Assembly: GCA_964630305.1 (NCBI GenBank)
Contig: CAZVTR010000001.1
Location: 62,901 to 126,900, forward strand
DNA length: 64,000 nucleotides
Direction: 5' to 3'
DNA from: an uncultured Treponemataceae bacterium
GTDB taxonomy: Bacteria; Spirochaetota; Spirochaetia; Treponematales; UBA12059
Position numbers and translations under genes: made by a program. The notes under the pieces were generated by a model. That model did not search any database. It saw only the letters and a list, made by a program, of their open reading frames with translations, and was not told where the DNA came from. Shown here piece after piece: positions 9,026-17,002 of this stretch (its first letter is position 1; each line of letters starts with the position of its first letter).

Positions 9026-11152
9026 TCACCGTTCCCATGCTACTTTGTTGCGGCCTGTTTCTTTTGCATAGTAGAGCGCGCGATCGGAGCGGGCCAGAAG
9101 AGAATCCATGGTATCTCCATCCTGAAATTCTGCTAATCCAAAGCTTGCAGTAAATACAACGGCTTTGCCGGGATAAGCTTCAATCTCAGCATTTTCAAAA
9201 GAATTTCTTATGCGCTCGGCAACGATTTTTGCGCCTTCAAGGTGAGTGTTTGGCAAGAGAATAGTGAATTCTTCCCCGCCATAACGCCCAATCGTATCGG
9301 TAGTCCGTAAATTAGTCTTTGCGAGTGCAGCTGCTTTTTGGAGCACAATGTCTCCTATTGAGTGACCATAGGTGTCATTGATACGTTTAAAAAAATCAAT
9401 GTCAAACATTAAAAAGCTCAAATTAGTGCCATACCGGGAAGCCCGTTCAAGTTCTATAAAAAATAAATCCATAAATTTTCGCCGGTTAGCGATACCGGTG
9501 AGCGGGTCAGTTGAAGCAAGCAGCTGAACATCATGAAACAGCTTTGCATTTTGTATTGCAACTCCGGCGTATGCCGCAAGTGCATGCAGCGTTTCTAAGT
9601 GGTGTTTCTTATAAACGCCTATAGGCCGAGCTTGTGCTGTCAATACTCCTTTAACAGATGTACCAACAAGAATTGGGCAGAACATCAGAGAGTAAACAGG
9701 CTCATTATTATCAAGTGCTACATACTGTGTTTTTTCAACATATTTGGAATATTCTTTAAATATATTGCTAATGAGAATGTCTTCATTGTTGCGGATGCAA
9801 TATGCAGCAAGACTATCCTTGTTATCAATATGCATCGTAAACGGTTCACCTTCGGTTTCGTTTTCTATAAAATAATCAAATGCAAGTTCGCTTTTCTGCT
9901 GATTATAAATTGCAAGACCAAATGCATTGATGGGCATGAGATTTTTAAGTTTACTGTAGATAATAGAACCGATTGTTTTAGTGTCCATTGCACTTGCAAT
10001 AAGTGTTCCTGTTTCAGAGATAAGCTGAAGCCGTTTAATTTCCTGTTCATACTGGTTTTTTTCAAATAAAACTCTGTTTTGATGGGCAACAAAGGATTGA
10101 CCTATTAGTTTTTCATTAAAAAGCTGTTTTTCCTTATCATAACTTTCTGAAAGTGTTGTGTAAGCTTTCTGCCATTCCTGCTGTTCTGCTAGTATTCGTG
10201 CTTCAAGTGCTTTACCTTCAACAATGAGTCTGGAAATATTTTCTGTTGCTGCAATATGTAATACTTCTTTAACATAGTGCATGCTTTCATCATACTGCTG
10301 TCTTTTAAAAAGCAGTTGTGCTAAGAGGAATGCACATTCTGCAATTAGCCTTGGGTTATGTATTGATTTTGCTTGAGAGTATGATGCATTGAGGAGCGCT
10401 TCGGCTTTTTGGCTGTCGCGCCTTTCTAAGAGCATAGCAAAACGGTTTTGAATATCAATTTCTGTAAAAATAAAGCTGTTTGTTTTGCATTCTTCAAGAC
10501 AATCAAGGAATAATTTATATGCAGCTTGCAGTCTGTTTTGTTCAACCATAATAGAAGCTCTGTATGATTCTGCAATCACTTTATTGTTAGGCAAAATATT
10601 TTCATAAGAGAGAGCTTGCAAAAGAAAGCGGTCTGCTTCTTCAAAGTTATGCAATTGATAATATACAATGCCGAGATTTGAACTTGCGGTTGCAATTCCT
10701 TCCTGATAATTGATTTGCTGGCTTAATTCCAGTGCCTGAACATAATACTCTATTGCCAGAGTGAAATTAGACTGGTACATATAACAAACGCCAATGCCGT
10801 TTAATGTTCGTGCAGTGCCAAAGTTATCATTATTTTCTTGGAATATTGGCAACACTTCCTGGAATTTTGACATTGCTTTATCGGTTTCGCCGTGTTTTAG
10901 ATTAAGCCAAGCTGCGAGAAATGTACTCCATGCTTTACCTGCATTGTATCCTTGTTCATCTATGAATGCATGTTCAAGAAAGTTGAAAACATGAGTGAAA
11001 AAATCTGGATCTCGTTCCAGATCACTGAGCAGGCTTTGAATAAATAAATATGCCCTAGCGGGCACTGACATATTCTGGTTGTCAATTTGCTCAGCAATTT
11101 TAGCTATTTCTTTCGAAAAATCTTTTATTGGACACTTATTCATTCTAGACAA
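9026..11152 (-). CDS. TPR-GAF-GGDEF diguanylate cyclase
   Basis: 708 aa. The C-terminus has RYGGEEFTILLP (GGEEF active site), with an RxxD I-site (RTTD) five residues upstream. The central region is GAF-like. The N-terminal half is TPR-like repeats (e.g. AIEYYVQALELSQQINYQEG). No TM segments seen. Confidence 0.85.
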   Translation of the reverse strand: MSRMNKCPIKDFSKEIAKIAEQIDNQNMSVPARAYLFIQSLLSDLERDPDFFTHVFNFLEHAFIDEQGYNAGKAWSTFLAAWLNLKHGETDKAMSKFQEVLPIFQENNDNFGTARTLNGIGVCYMYQSNFTLAIEYYVQALELSQQINYQEGIATASSNLGIVYYQLHNFEEADRFLLQALSYENILPNNKVIAESYRASIMVEQNRLQAAYKLFLDCLEECKTNSFIFTEIDIQNRFAMLLERRDSQKAEALLNASYSQAKSIHNPRLIAECAFLLAQLLFKRQQYDESMHYVKEVLHIAATENISRLIVEGKALEARILAEQQEWQKAYTTLSESYDKEKQLFNEKLIGQSFVAHQNRVLFEKNQYEQEIKRLQLISETGTLIASAMDTKTIGSIIYSKLKNLMPINAFGLAIYNQQKSELAFDYFIENETEGEPFTMHIDNKDSLAAYCIRNNEDILISNIFKEYSKYVEKTQYVALDNNEPVYSLMFCPILVGTSVKGVLTAQARPIGVYKKHHLETLHALAAYAGVAIQNAKLFHDVQLLASTDPLTGIANRRKFMDLFFIELERASRYGTNLSFLMFDIDFFKRINDTYGHSIGDIVLQKAAALAKTNLRTTDTIGRYGGEEFTILLPNTHLEGAKIVAERIRNSFENAEIEAYPGKAVVFTASFGLAEFQDGDTMDSLLARSDRALYYAKETGRNKVAWER

Positions 11153-11244
11153 ACTATTATCATACGATTAGTAAATTGTAAAGCAAATTATTTATTTATT
11201 TATTGAAAATAATTATCGTTGCTCAGTTGTATGCCTTTTAGAAT

Positions 11245-11255
11245 TGGTATATAGT
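11245..11255 (+). promoter_or_regulatory. extended -10-like TGgTATATAGT close to ATG 11265 (candidate near-leaderless promoter)
   Basis: TGGTATATAGTAG at 11245..11257 resembles the parE element TGGTATAGTAG. There is no SD between it and ATG 11265. Confidence 0.3.
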
Positions 11256-11264
11256 AGGGCTACT

Positions 11265-12527
11265 ATGCGATATTGGAATTTTCTTATTTGTATCACTATT
11301 TGTATTGTACTTGCGTTTTCTGGAAATGCTCATGCTCAGAGCTTTATAACGGGATATTGGGAAGGCACAATGAAATTTGTTGATGGAGTGCTTCCCATTG
11401 CGATGAGGCTTGTAGAACACGGAGCGCTGCTTGATATACCTTCGCAAAACCTATACGGCTTTCCGTGTTCATCATCAAGCTTTATTAAAAATAAATTGGT
11501 AATTGTTTTTGCCTTTGGTAATACAAAACTTACATTTGATGGTGTTATAACGGGGACACAGTATACAGGAAATTTTAGCAATGGCAGCTCAGGAGGCAGT
11601 TTTGAGCTTGCTGTAGTAAAAAAGCCTCAGCGGAGAGGAGAATTCGCGCTCAGAATTCCTGTTAAAGGAGCTGTTCTGCCTGGCACTTTGCTTGTGCCGC
11701 AAGACATTCCGGATAAGGTGCCGCTTGTTATCTTTCACTCCGGATTAGGCGTTACTGATAGAAATGGCAATAACTATAATATAGCAGGAAAAAATGATGC
11801 TATAAAACAATTAGCAGAAGCTTTGCAGTTATCTGGTATAGCATCGTTTCGCTATGATAAACGCGGTGCAGGCGAAGCCTATTGGCTTGTTAAAAGTGAA
11901 AATGAATTAAGTCCAAAAGTCTGGACCGATGATTTTCTTGAGGTAATTAAATATTTTAAAAATGATTCCAGGTTTTCCAGTATATGGCTCATGGGCATCC
12001 ATGATGGTGCTTTAATTACTGCAGCCGCAGCACTAAAATCATCAGATTATGATGGCATTATTATTGCTTGTTCAAGCGCTTATGCCCCCTATGAGACCTA
12101 TCTTAAGAGCATAGAAGATGCGCCGCAGGATAAACAGGCAGAGGGCAAAGCAATATTAGAATCGCTTAAAAAAGGGAAAAAAGTTACAAATTATTCAGAT
12201 TTTTATGCAACAGCATTTAGAAGTTCATTTCAAAATTATTTAATAGAATTATTCACATTTGACCTTAAACGTGATTTGGCAAAAATTAAAAAGCCCATTT
12301 TAGTAATTCAGGGTGACCGTGATATGCAAGTAACGTACTATGAATACACTAAAATAATGGAATCGGTTCCTCAGGCAAAGGGTATTGTTATCCCCGAAAT
12401 GAATCATGTGCTCAAACTTGTATCGCCGTTTATGGATGATAACAATAAGGCATTCTCTGATCCTGCATTTCCTATACCGTTTGAGTTATTAACGGGGATT
12501 TTAGATTTTATTAAAGGAAACCAATAA
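11265..12527 (+). CDS. secreted alpha/beta-hydrolase-fold protein with non-canonical nucleophile elbow
   Basis: The track ORF starts at TTG 11244. ATG 11265 gives MRYWNFLICITICIVLAFSGNAHAQ (signal peptide). The core has VPLVIFHSGLGVTDRNGNN, a GDRD acid and an NH histidine. The nucleophile elbow reads G-I-H-D-G (11994..12008) instead of GxSxG. Confidence 0.7.
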   Translation: MRYWNFLICITICIVLAFSGNAHAQSFITGYWEGTMKFVDGVLPIAMRLVEHGALLDIPSQNLYGFPCSSSSFIKNKLVIVFAFGNTKLTFDGVITGTQYTGNFSNGSSGGSFELAVVKKPQRRGEFALRIPVKGAVLPGTLLVPQDIPDKVPLVIFHSGLGVTDRNGNNYNIAGKNDAIKQLAEALQLSGIASFRYDKRGAGEAYWLVKSENELSPKVWTDDFLEVIKYFKNDSRFSSIWLMGIHDGALITAAAALKSSDYDGIIIACSSAYAPYETYLKSIEDAPQDKQAEGKAILESLKKGKKVTNYSDFYATAFRSSFQNYLIELFTFDLKRDLAKIKKPILVIQGDRDMQVTYYEYTKIMESVPQAKGIVIPEMNHVLKLVSPFMDDNNKAFSDPAFPIPFELLTGILDFIKGNQ

Positions 12528-12562
12528 AATATTTTAAAAGAAAAGCGGTTGCTTAAATACTA

Positions 12563-12606
12563 AATAAGCTGGCAGGTAAAATAGCAGTGCCAGCTTATTC
12601 GTTTTA
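12563..12606. terminator. hairpin terminator between convergent hydrolase and lipoprotein genes
   Basis: AATAAGCTGGCA (12563..12574), 13-nt loop, TGCCAGCTTATT (12588..12599), then CGTTTTA. The 12-bp stem is perfect. Confidence 0.7.
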
Positions 12607-12624
12607 TCGTAAAAGTGTGGTTTA

Positions 12625-13506
12625 CTAATTGTTTAGTATACCTTGAAGCGTGGTTCCAGATGAACTGTTAATGAGTGTGCTAATTTCGGAGAGCGTCAAC
12701 CCTTTATAGGTGCAGGTTGCTCGGCCTTCTTCATCAATAGTCCATTCCAGTTTTGAAGCAATTTTAGAAGCATTCTGCTGAAATGCTGTTGTAACTGTTA
12801 AAAAAACTATTGTTCGTGAAAGCAGAGTGTTTTCTTCTGCTGTCTTTTTATCGGGATATCCCAGTGTTAATGAAAAATCATAAGTGTTCTGGTTTTTAGT
12901 AAAGCTTGCATAGATACTTTGAATTGCGATTTCATCATTGGTTGTATTGAGTATTGTTTTAGAAAAATCTTTGAGCGAATAGATGCCTACTGATAAAGAT
13001 TTTGATGTTAAAAAAGCAATAAAGTTGCCAAATTTATTTTTATCTTTTGCTGTATTTACATCAGCTAAAGTGTTGCTCCTAATATAAAATACACCTGGCG
13101 ATGGTTCCGAAATAAAATAATTGCTGCTGGTATTGTACCAGGCATCCTTGATTTTTTTCCAGTTACCGCTCTTGTCAAGTTTTATTAATAAATTAAGGGA
13201 AGGGAAATCGCCTTTAACAATTGCCTCAATGTTAATAGTTTTATTGCTGGTAACAGAAAGCCCTGCTATAATTAAATCTATACGTTTTATTGCATCCTTT
13301 TGTTCTTTGGTTATTGCAGGCATCATAAATGCAAGTAAATTTTGTGTTGCAGCAGGGTCAAATTCCTGCGGTTTTATGGTAATATAAATAGTGCTGTCAT
13401 CTCTTAAAAGATCGACAGCAAGATTTTTTGCCGGTTTTTGCATTGTCGTGCATGCGCTCATACATAATAATGCAAGAGCTGTTAAAGCTAATAAAATTTT
13501 TTTCAT
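12625..13506 (-). CDS. hypothetical lipoprotein
   Basis: 293 aa. N-terminus MKKILLALTALALLCMSAC has a signal peptide and a lipobox-like MSAC. No family recognised. The start overlaps the upstream gene's stop by 4 nt. Confidence 0.6.
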   Translation of the reverse strand: MKKILLALTALALLCMSACTTMQKPAKNLAVDLLRDDSTIYITIKPQEFDPAATQNLLAFMMPAITKEQKDAIKRIDLIIAGLSVTSNKTINIEAIVKGDFPSLNLLIKLDKSGNWKKIKDAWYNTSSNYFISEPSPGVFYIRSNTLADVNTAKDKNKFGNFIAFLTSKSLSVGIYSLKDFSKTILNTTNDEIAIQSIYASFTKNQNTYDFSLTLGYPDKKTAEENTLLSRTIVFLTVTTAFQQNASKIASKLEWTIDEEGRATCTYKGLTLSEISTLINSSSGTTLQGILNN

Positions 13507-14540
13507 AAAAGATGCTCCCTTTCAAGAATTTTACTCATTATACTTTTATAATAATGAGCTGATTGAGTCCAATGGTATAAATTAGTCTCTTTAAATGATA
13601 CTGGACATGCAATAGTTTTTGTATCCATGTGGTTAATAAATAGCTCAATTTTATGTTTTATTTTTGGGTGTATGATCGAGTCAAAAAGGCTATCTGTATT
13701 TTGTACAACAGATCCAAGTCCTGCTTGATCAAACCAAAGCTTATATGACCATTCTGGAACGTCCCATTCAAGGATGTAATCAGCAGAGCGCTCATCTTCA
13801 TTGGTGTGTTTCCAGATGGAACATAATTTGTCGAGAATAAATTCTTCATTGTCAAATGATCTCTTGTTATAGATGCATAAGTATCGATATATCTTTTTGG
13901 CAGCTTCGCGGAATCGAACAATGTTATTACATACAGGATCATTTAATCGATTGTCATGCCATAGTGCACCGCAGGCATCTGGCTGTGATCCGAATTGCAT
14001 ATGACCAATAGACTGTTTTACTGTATTCAAAAACACAGAGTTGTCAGTATTTGCATTCCACTGTTCATTTTTGCCGGTAAAATTTTGATGAGCCCATGTA
14101 TCGGCAAAGCCATGAAGCGCAATTCCAATGAGAAAAATATCACGCTGCTCAAAGCATGTAACGAGTGCTTCTTTTGCTAATGTTCCATTTGCTATTACGC
14201 AGTTTGGATTTTTAATGTTATTTTTTAATTGCGCAATAGGTTCGTGACTATTGCCGGGGATAAAATGAAATGGGAGATAGACGTTTTTCTGTATGGCATC
14301 ATCCCAAAATTCATAGCTTTGTGTTATGAGAAATTGCAGTTCTTCATCGGGCATTGAAAATTGCAGTGTGAATACGGCTTCATCAACAAATTGTGAGGAT
14401 CCTGCAAGAATAAAACTGTCTGCTTCAGCAAAGCCTGCTTCGCGCGCAAGTACATATACTGTATTAAAATGAAATTCTTTATTCACTGTATTGTGGTTAT
14501 AGCACATCTCAGATAATAAAACAATTGAGACATACTGCAA
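13503..14540 (-). CDS. hypothetical protein with His/Asp clusters (possible metal-dependent hydrolase)
   Basis: 345-aa ORF with a TTG start at 14540 (alternative ATG at 14507). No signal peptide or TM segment. Conserved-looking motifs: HFNTVYVLAREAGF, LPFHFIPG, ALHGFADTWAHQNFTG, GHMQFGSQPD, WHD. 4-nt overlap with the downstream lipoprotein gene. Confidence 0.5.
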   Translation of the reverse strand: MQYVSIVLLSEMCYNHNTVNKEFHFNTVYVLAREAGFAEADSFILAGSSQFVDEAVFTLQFSMPDEELQFLITQSYEFWDDAIQKNVYLPFHFIPGNSHEPIAQLKNNIKNPNCVIANGTLAKEALVTCFEQRDIFLIGIALHGFADTWAHQNFTGKNEQWNANTDNSVFLNTVKQSIGHMQFGSQPDACGALWHDNRLNDPVCNNIVRFREAAKKIYRYLCIYNKRSFDNEEFILDKLCSIWKHTNEDERSADYILEWDVPEWSYKLWFDQAGLGSVVQNTDSLFDSIIHPKIKHKIELFINHMDTKTIACPVSFKETNLYHWTQSAHYYKSIMSKILEREHLL

Positions 14541-14550
14541 GCTTTTTACA

Positions 14551-14579
14551 TTGACTTATTTTTGAGGGTTCTTTAGTAT
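14551..14579 (+). promoter_or_regulatory. sigma70-type promoter for ndk (TTGACT-N17-TAGTAT)
   Basis: TTGACT at 14551..14556, 17-nt spacer, TAGTAT at 14574..14579. It lies in the 106-nt divergent gap, with SD TAAGGAG before ATG 14647. Confidence 0.4.
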
Positions 14580-14646
14580 ATGATAAAGATTGGACGAGAA
14601 ACTCTTAGTTTTATTGATAGTTACGAAAACATGTAAGTAAGGAGCA

Positions 14647-15096
14647 ATGGCTATGGAATACACATTTGCAATGCTCAAACCAGGTGTGCTGCAGAGGCGT
14701 CTTGCGGGTGAGATTATAGCACGAATTGAGAAAAAGGGCCTTCAGATTCATGCCTGTAAAATGATGCAGGTTTCAGAGGAGCTTGCAAAAGAACACTATA
14801 AAGAGCATGCAGGTAAGCCATTTTATAACGATTTAGTTGCATACATTACAAGCGGGCCGGTTATTGCTTTTATTATTGGCGGTGATGATGCCGTTGCTGT
14901 ATTGCGTAAGCTCTGCGGAGCAACCAAAGTAGAGGATGCACTCCCGGGAACTATTCGCGGTGATTTTGCAGAACACACTGGCAAAAATATCATTCATGCT
15001 TCTGATTCTATAGAATCCGCAAAACGCGAAATAGCATTGTTTTTTAATAAGCATGATTTCATAGACTGGAAAGATAATAACGATGAGTGGATATAA
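14647..15096 (+). CDS. ndk: nucleoside-diphosphate kinase
   Basis: 149 aa. YTFAMLKPGVLQRRLAGEIIARIEKKG, and the active-site region NIIHASDS. Confidence 0.95.
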   Translation: MAMEYTFAMLKPGVLQRRLAGEIIARIEKKGLQIHACKMMQVSEELAKEHYKEHAGKPFYNDLVAYITSGPVIAFIIGGDDAVAVLRKLCGATKVEDALPGTIRGDFAEHTGKNIIHASDSIESAKREIALFFNKHDFIDWKDNNDEWI

Positions 15097-16249
15097 TATG
15101 ACAGGGAACGATTCAGATTCAGCTAAGCGCAAACAGTTTATAAAATGGCGGCTTCCTTCCTTCCGATTCCCTCAGCACCGTAAAAAATTATCAATCGGAG
15201 TAATTGGTGCGGGAGCCTGGGGAACGGCTATAGCAAAAGTTTTAACTGAAAATGGTCATGACGTTGTTATATGGGCGCGGGAACAGGAAGTTGCTGACTC
15301 TATAAATACAAAACACACGAATAGCGTATTTTTGCCAGGTGTCCTATTGCCTGATGAACTTACTGCAACGACCAATATGGTAGAAGCTGCAAAAAATCGC
15401 AATATGTTATTTCTTGCCGTGCCATCCCCATTTTTGCTTTCATTGGTAAAAGAGCTTTTTATTGTTCCTGATATTCGCGATGGTAATACGATCATTGCAG
15501 TAGTTACTAAAGGATTTATTGAATCTCCGCGTGGAATAAAACTAATAATTGAGAGTCTTGAAGATTATTTGCCTGGTTTTTACCGGGGTAACCTTGTCTA
15601 TGTTTCTGGACCAAGCCATGCGGAAGAAGTCTCTCGAAAAAAAGTAACGGGTCTAATTGCAGCAAGCATCAATGGCAGAAACGCAATACGCGTTCGAGAG
15701 GCTCTTGCAAATAAGTATCTTTTTGTGTACCCCTCGCTGGATGTTGTTGGTGTTCAGGTGTGCGGTGCTGTAAAGAATGTTATCGCAATAGCGTTTGGTA
15801 TGCTAGATGCACTCAAAGAAACTTCAGATCATTTTGGAGACAATACAGAATCATTGCTCCTTGCAGCAGGACTTAACGAAATCCAAATGCTCGGGCAGGT
15901 GCTGGGAGCGACACATCCTGAAACATTTACTTCGATTGCTGGTGTAGGGGATCTCGATGTAACCTGCCGTTCCATACATGGCAGAAATCGCAGATTCGGA
16001 AGAGATATTATCCAAAAACATGTTCTGGAATCGTTTACAAATCTAGATGATTTGCTCACCAATATTGGAAAGTTAGGATATTTTCCCGAAGGAGCTGTTG
16101 CTGCACAGTATGTGTATAAAATCGCAAAAAAGTTTAAAATAAGTCTTCCTATATGTTTTGGGGTATATAAGATTCTTAATCAAGATATAAAACCTGAAGA
16201 TTTTATTGAAAACTATATAACAGATTTAACCAGAGCAAAAGCACAGTAA
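15083..16249 (+). CDS. gpsA: NAD(P)H-dependent glycerol-3-phosphate dehydrogenase
   Basis: Rossmann motif IGVIGAGAWGTAIAKVL, plus GPSHAEEV and CGAVKNVIAIA. The start is ambiguous: ATG 15083 overlaps ndk by 14 nt, and ATG 15098 lies just after the ndk stop. Confidence 0.9.
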   Translation: MSGYNMTGNDSDSAKRKQFIKWRLPSFRFPQHRKKLSIGVIGAGAWGTAIAKVLTENGHDVVIWAREQEVADSINTKHTNSVFLPGVLLPDELTATTNMVEAAKNRNMLFLAVPSPFLLSLVKELFIVPDIRDGNTIIAVVTKGFIESPRGIKLIIESLEDYLPGFYRGNLVYVSGPSHAEEVSRKKVTGLIAASINGRNAIRVREALANKYLFVYPSLDVVGVQVCGAVKNVIAIAFGMLDALKETSDHFGDNTESLLLAAGLNEIQMLGQVLGATHPETFTSIAGVGDLDVTCRSIHGRNRRFGRDIIQKHVLESFTNLDDLLTNIGKLGYFPEGAVAAQYVYKIAKKFKISLPICFGVYKILNQDIKPEDFIENYITDLTRAKAQ

Positions 16250-16477
16250 AGTTCTGAGCCATATTAACAGCAGATTATAGTGTTATAGGCTTTTAATTTC
16301 TCACAAAGACGTCTCAAGTTAGCAATAGTCAATTCAAGTTATTCCAAATAATCGCATACAGTTTGTTCGCAGCTCGTTCTCAAGTTCAATTTGCTTAAAA
16401 ATAACAGCACCTAAACAAATGTATAGTAAAAAGCTAAAATATTTTCTGTCTATTTCAGTTTTTATTATGGAAATCAA

Positions 16478-16505
16478 TTGACATTGGGGATAAAAAGGGT
16501 AGAAT
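16478..16505 (+). promoter_or_regulatory. sigma70-type promoter of the dcw cluster (TTGACA-N16-TAGAAT)
   Basis: TTGACA at 16478..16483, 16-nt spacer, TAGAAT at 16500..16505, about 47 nt before the mraZ ATG. Confidence 0.55.
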
Positions 16506-16550
16506 AAGGTTAAATAGTGGGAAAAAGTGGGATAAAAGGGGAAATTGGGG
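16485..16550 (+). promoter_or_regulatory. array of ~10-bp-phased G-tract boxes (MraZ-box-like operator)
   Basis: TGGGG 16485..16489, AGGGT 16496..16500, AAGGT 16506..16510, GTGGG 16517..16521, GTGGG 16527..16531, AGGGG 16537..16541, TGGGG 16546..16550. The boxes are separated by A-rich spacers. The array spans the promoter spacer through to the ATG. Confidence 0.5.
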
Positions 16551-16551
16551 A

Positions 16552-16995
16552 ATGGAACTCGCAACAGGCGAATTTAGAAATACGCTTGATGAAAAAGGCC
16601 GTCTCTCTCTGCCGGCTAAGCTGAGAACAAGCCTCACTAGTTCTGTCCTCATTATCACCCAGGGTATGGATAACTGCCTCTGGGTGTTTACTCCCGAGAG
16701 CTGGCAAAAATTATCGGAGCAGATTTTTGAATCAACGAGTCTGTTTCAGCAGCAGGGCCGCAATATTCAGCGGCGTGTCATTGCACCGGCTCAAGAAGTA
16801 GAAATTGACAAAGCCGGCAGGATTGCAATCCCTCAGAGTCTCAGGGATTATGCAAAACTAGAAAAGGAATGCGTTGTGCTGGGTATTACACATCGCATTG
16901 AAATATGGGACCAGGAGACATATAAGGCCTGGCTTGAAGCAACCGAAGCCGAATTTGAAGCGGCTTCTGAAGCATTAAATATCCAGAATCTATAG
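16552..16995 (+). CDS. mraZ: division/cell-wall cluster transcriptional regulator MraZ
   Basis: 147 aa. Duplicated SpoVT/AbrB-like halves with DEKGRLSLPAKLR and DKAGRIAIPQSLR. Confidence 0.95.
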   Translation: MELATGEFRNTLDEKGRLSLPAKLRTSLTSSVLIITQGMDNCLWVFTPESWQKLSEQIFESTSLFQQQGRNIQRRVIAPAQEVEIDKAGRIAIPQSLRDYAKLEKECVVLGITHRIEIWDQETYKAWLEATEAEFEAASEALNIQNL

Positions 16996-17002
16996 GAATG
17001 TT

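Noticed and set aside
11188-11203. (TTAT)4 microsatellite in the divergent cyclase/hydrolase promoter gap as a phase-variation tract
   Set aside because: There are only four units, in generally AT-rich intergenic DNA. That is too short to argue for slipped-strand switching without population data.
11686-11702. Sigma54-like TGGCAC-N5-TTGT
   Set aside because: It lies inside the hydrolase coding sequence, about 420 nt from its start. The -12 GC is degenerate (GT), and there is no downstream gene start to serve.
16420-16482. 20-codon sORF (MYSKKLKYFLSISVFIMEIN) upstream of mraZ
   Set aside because: It has no SD, overlaps the -35 box of the mraZ promoter, and is indistinguishable from chance.
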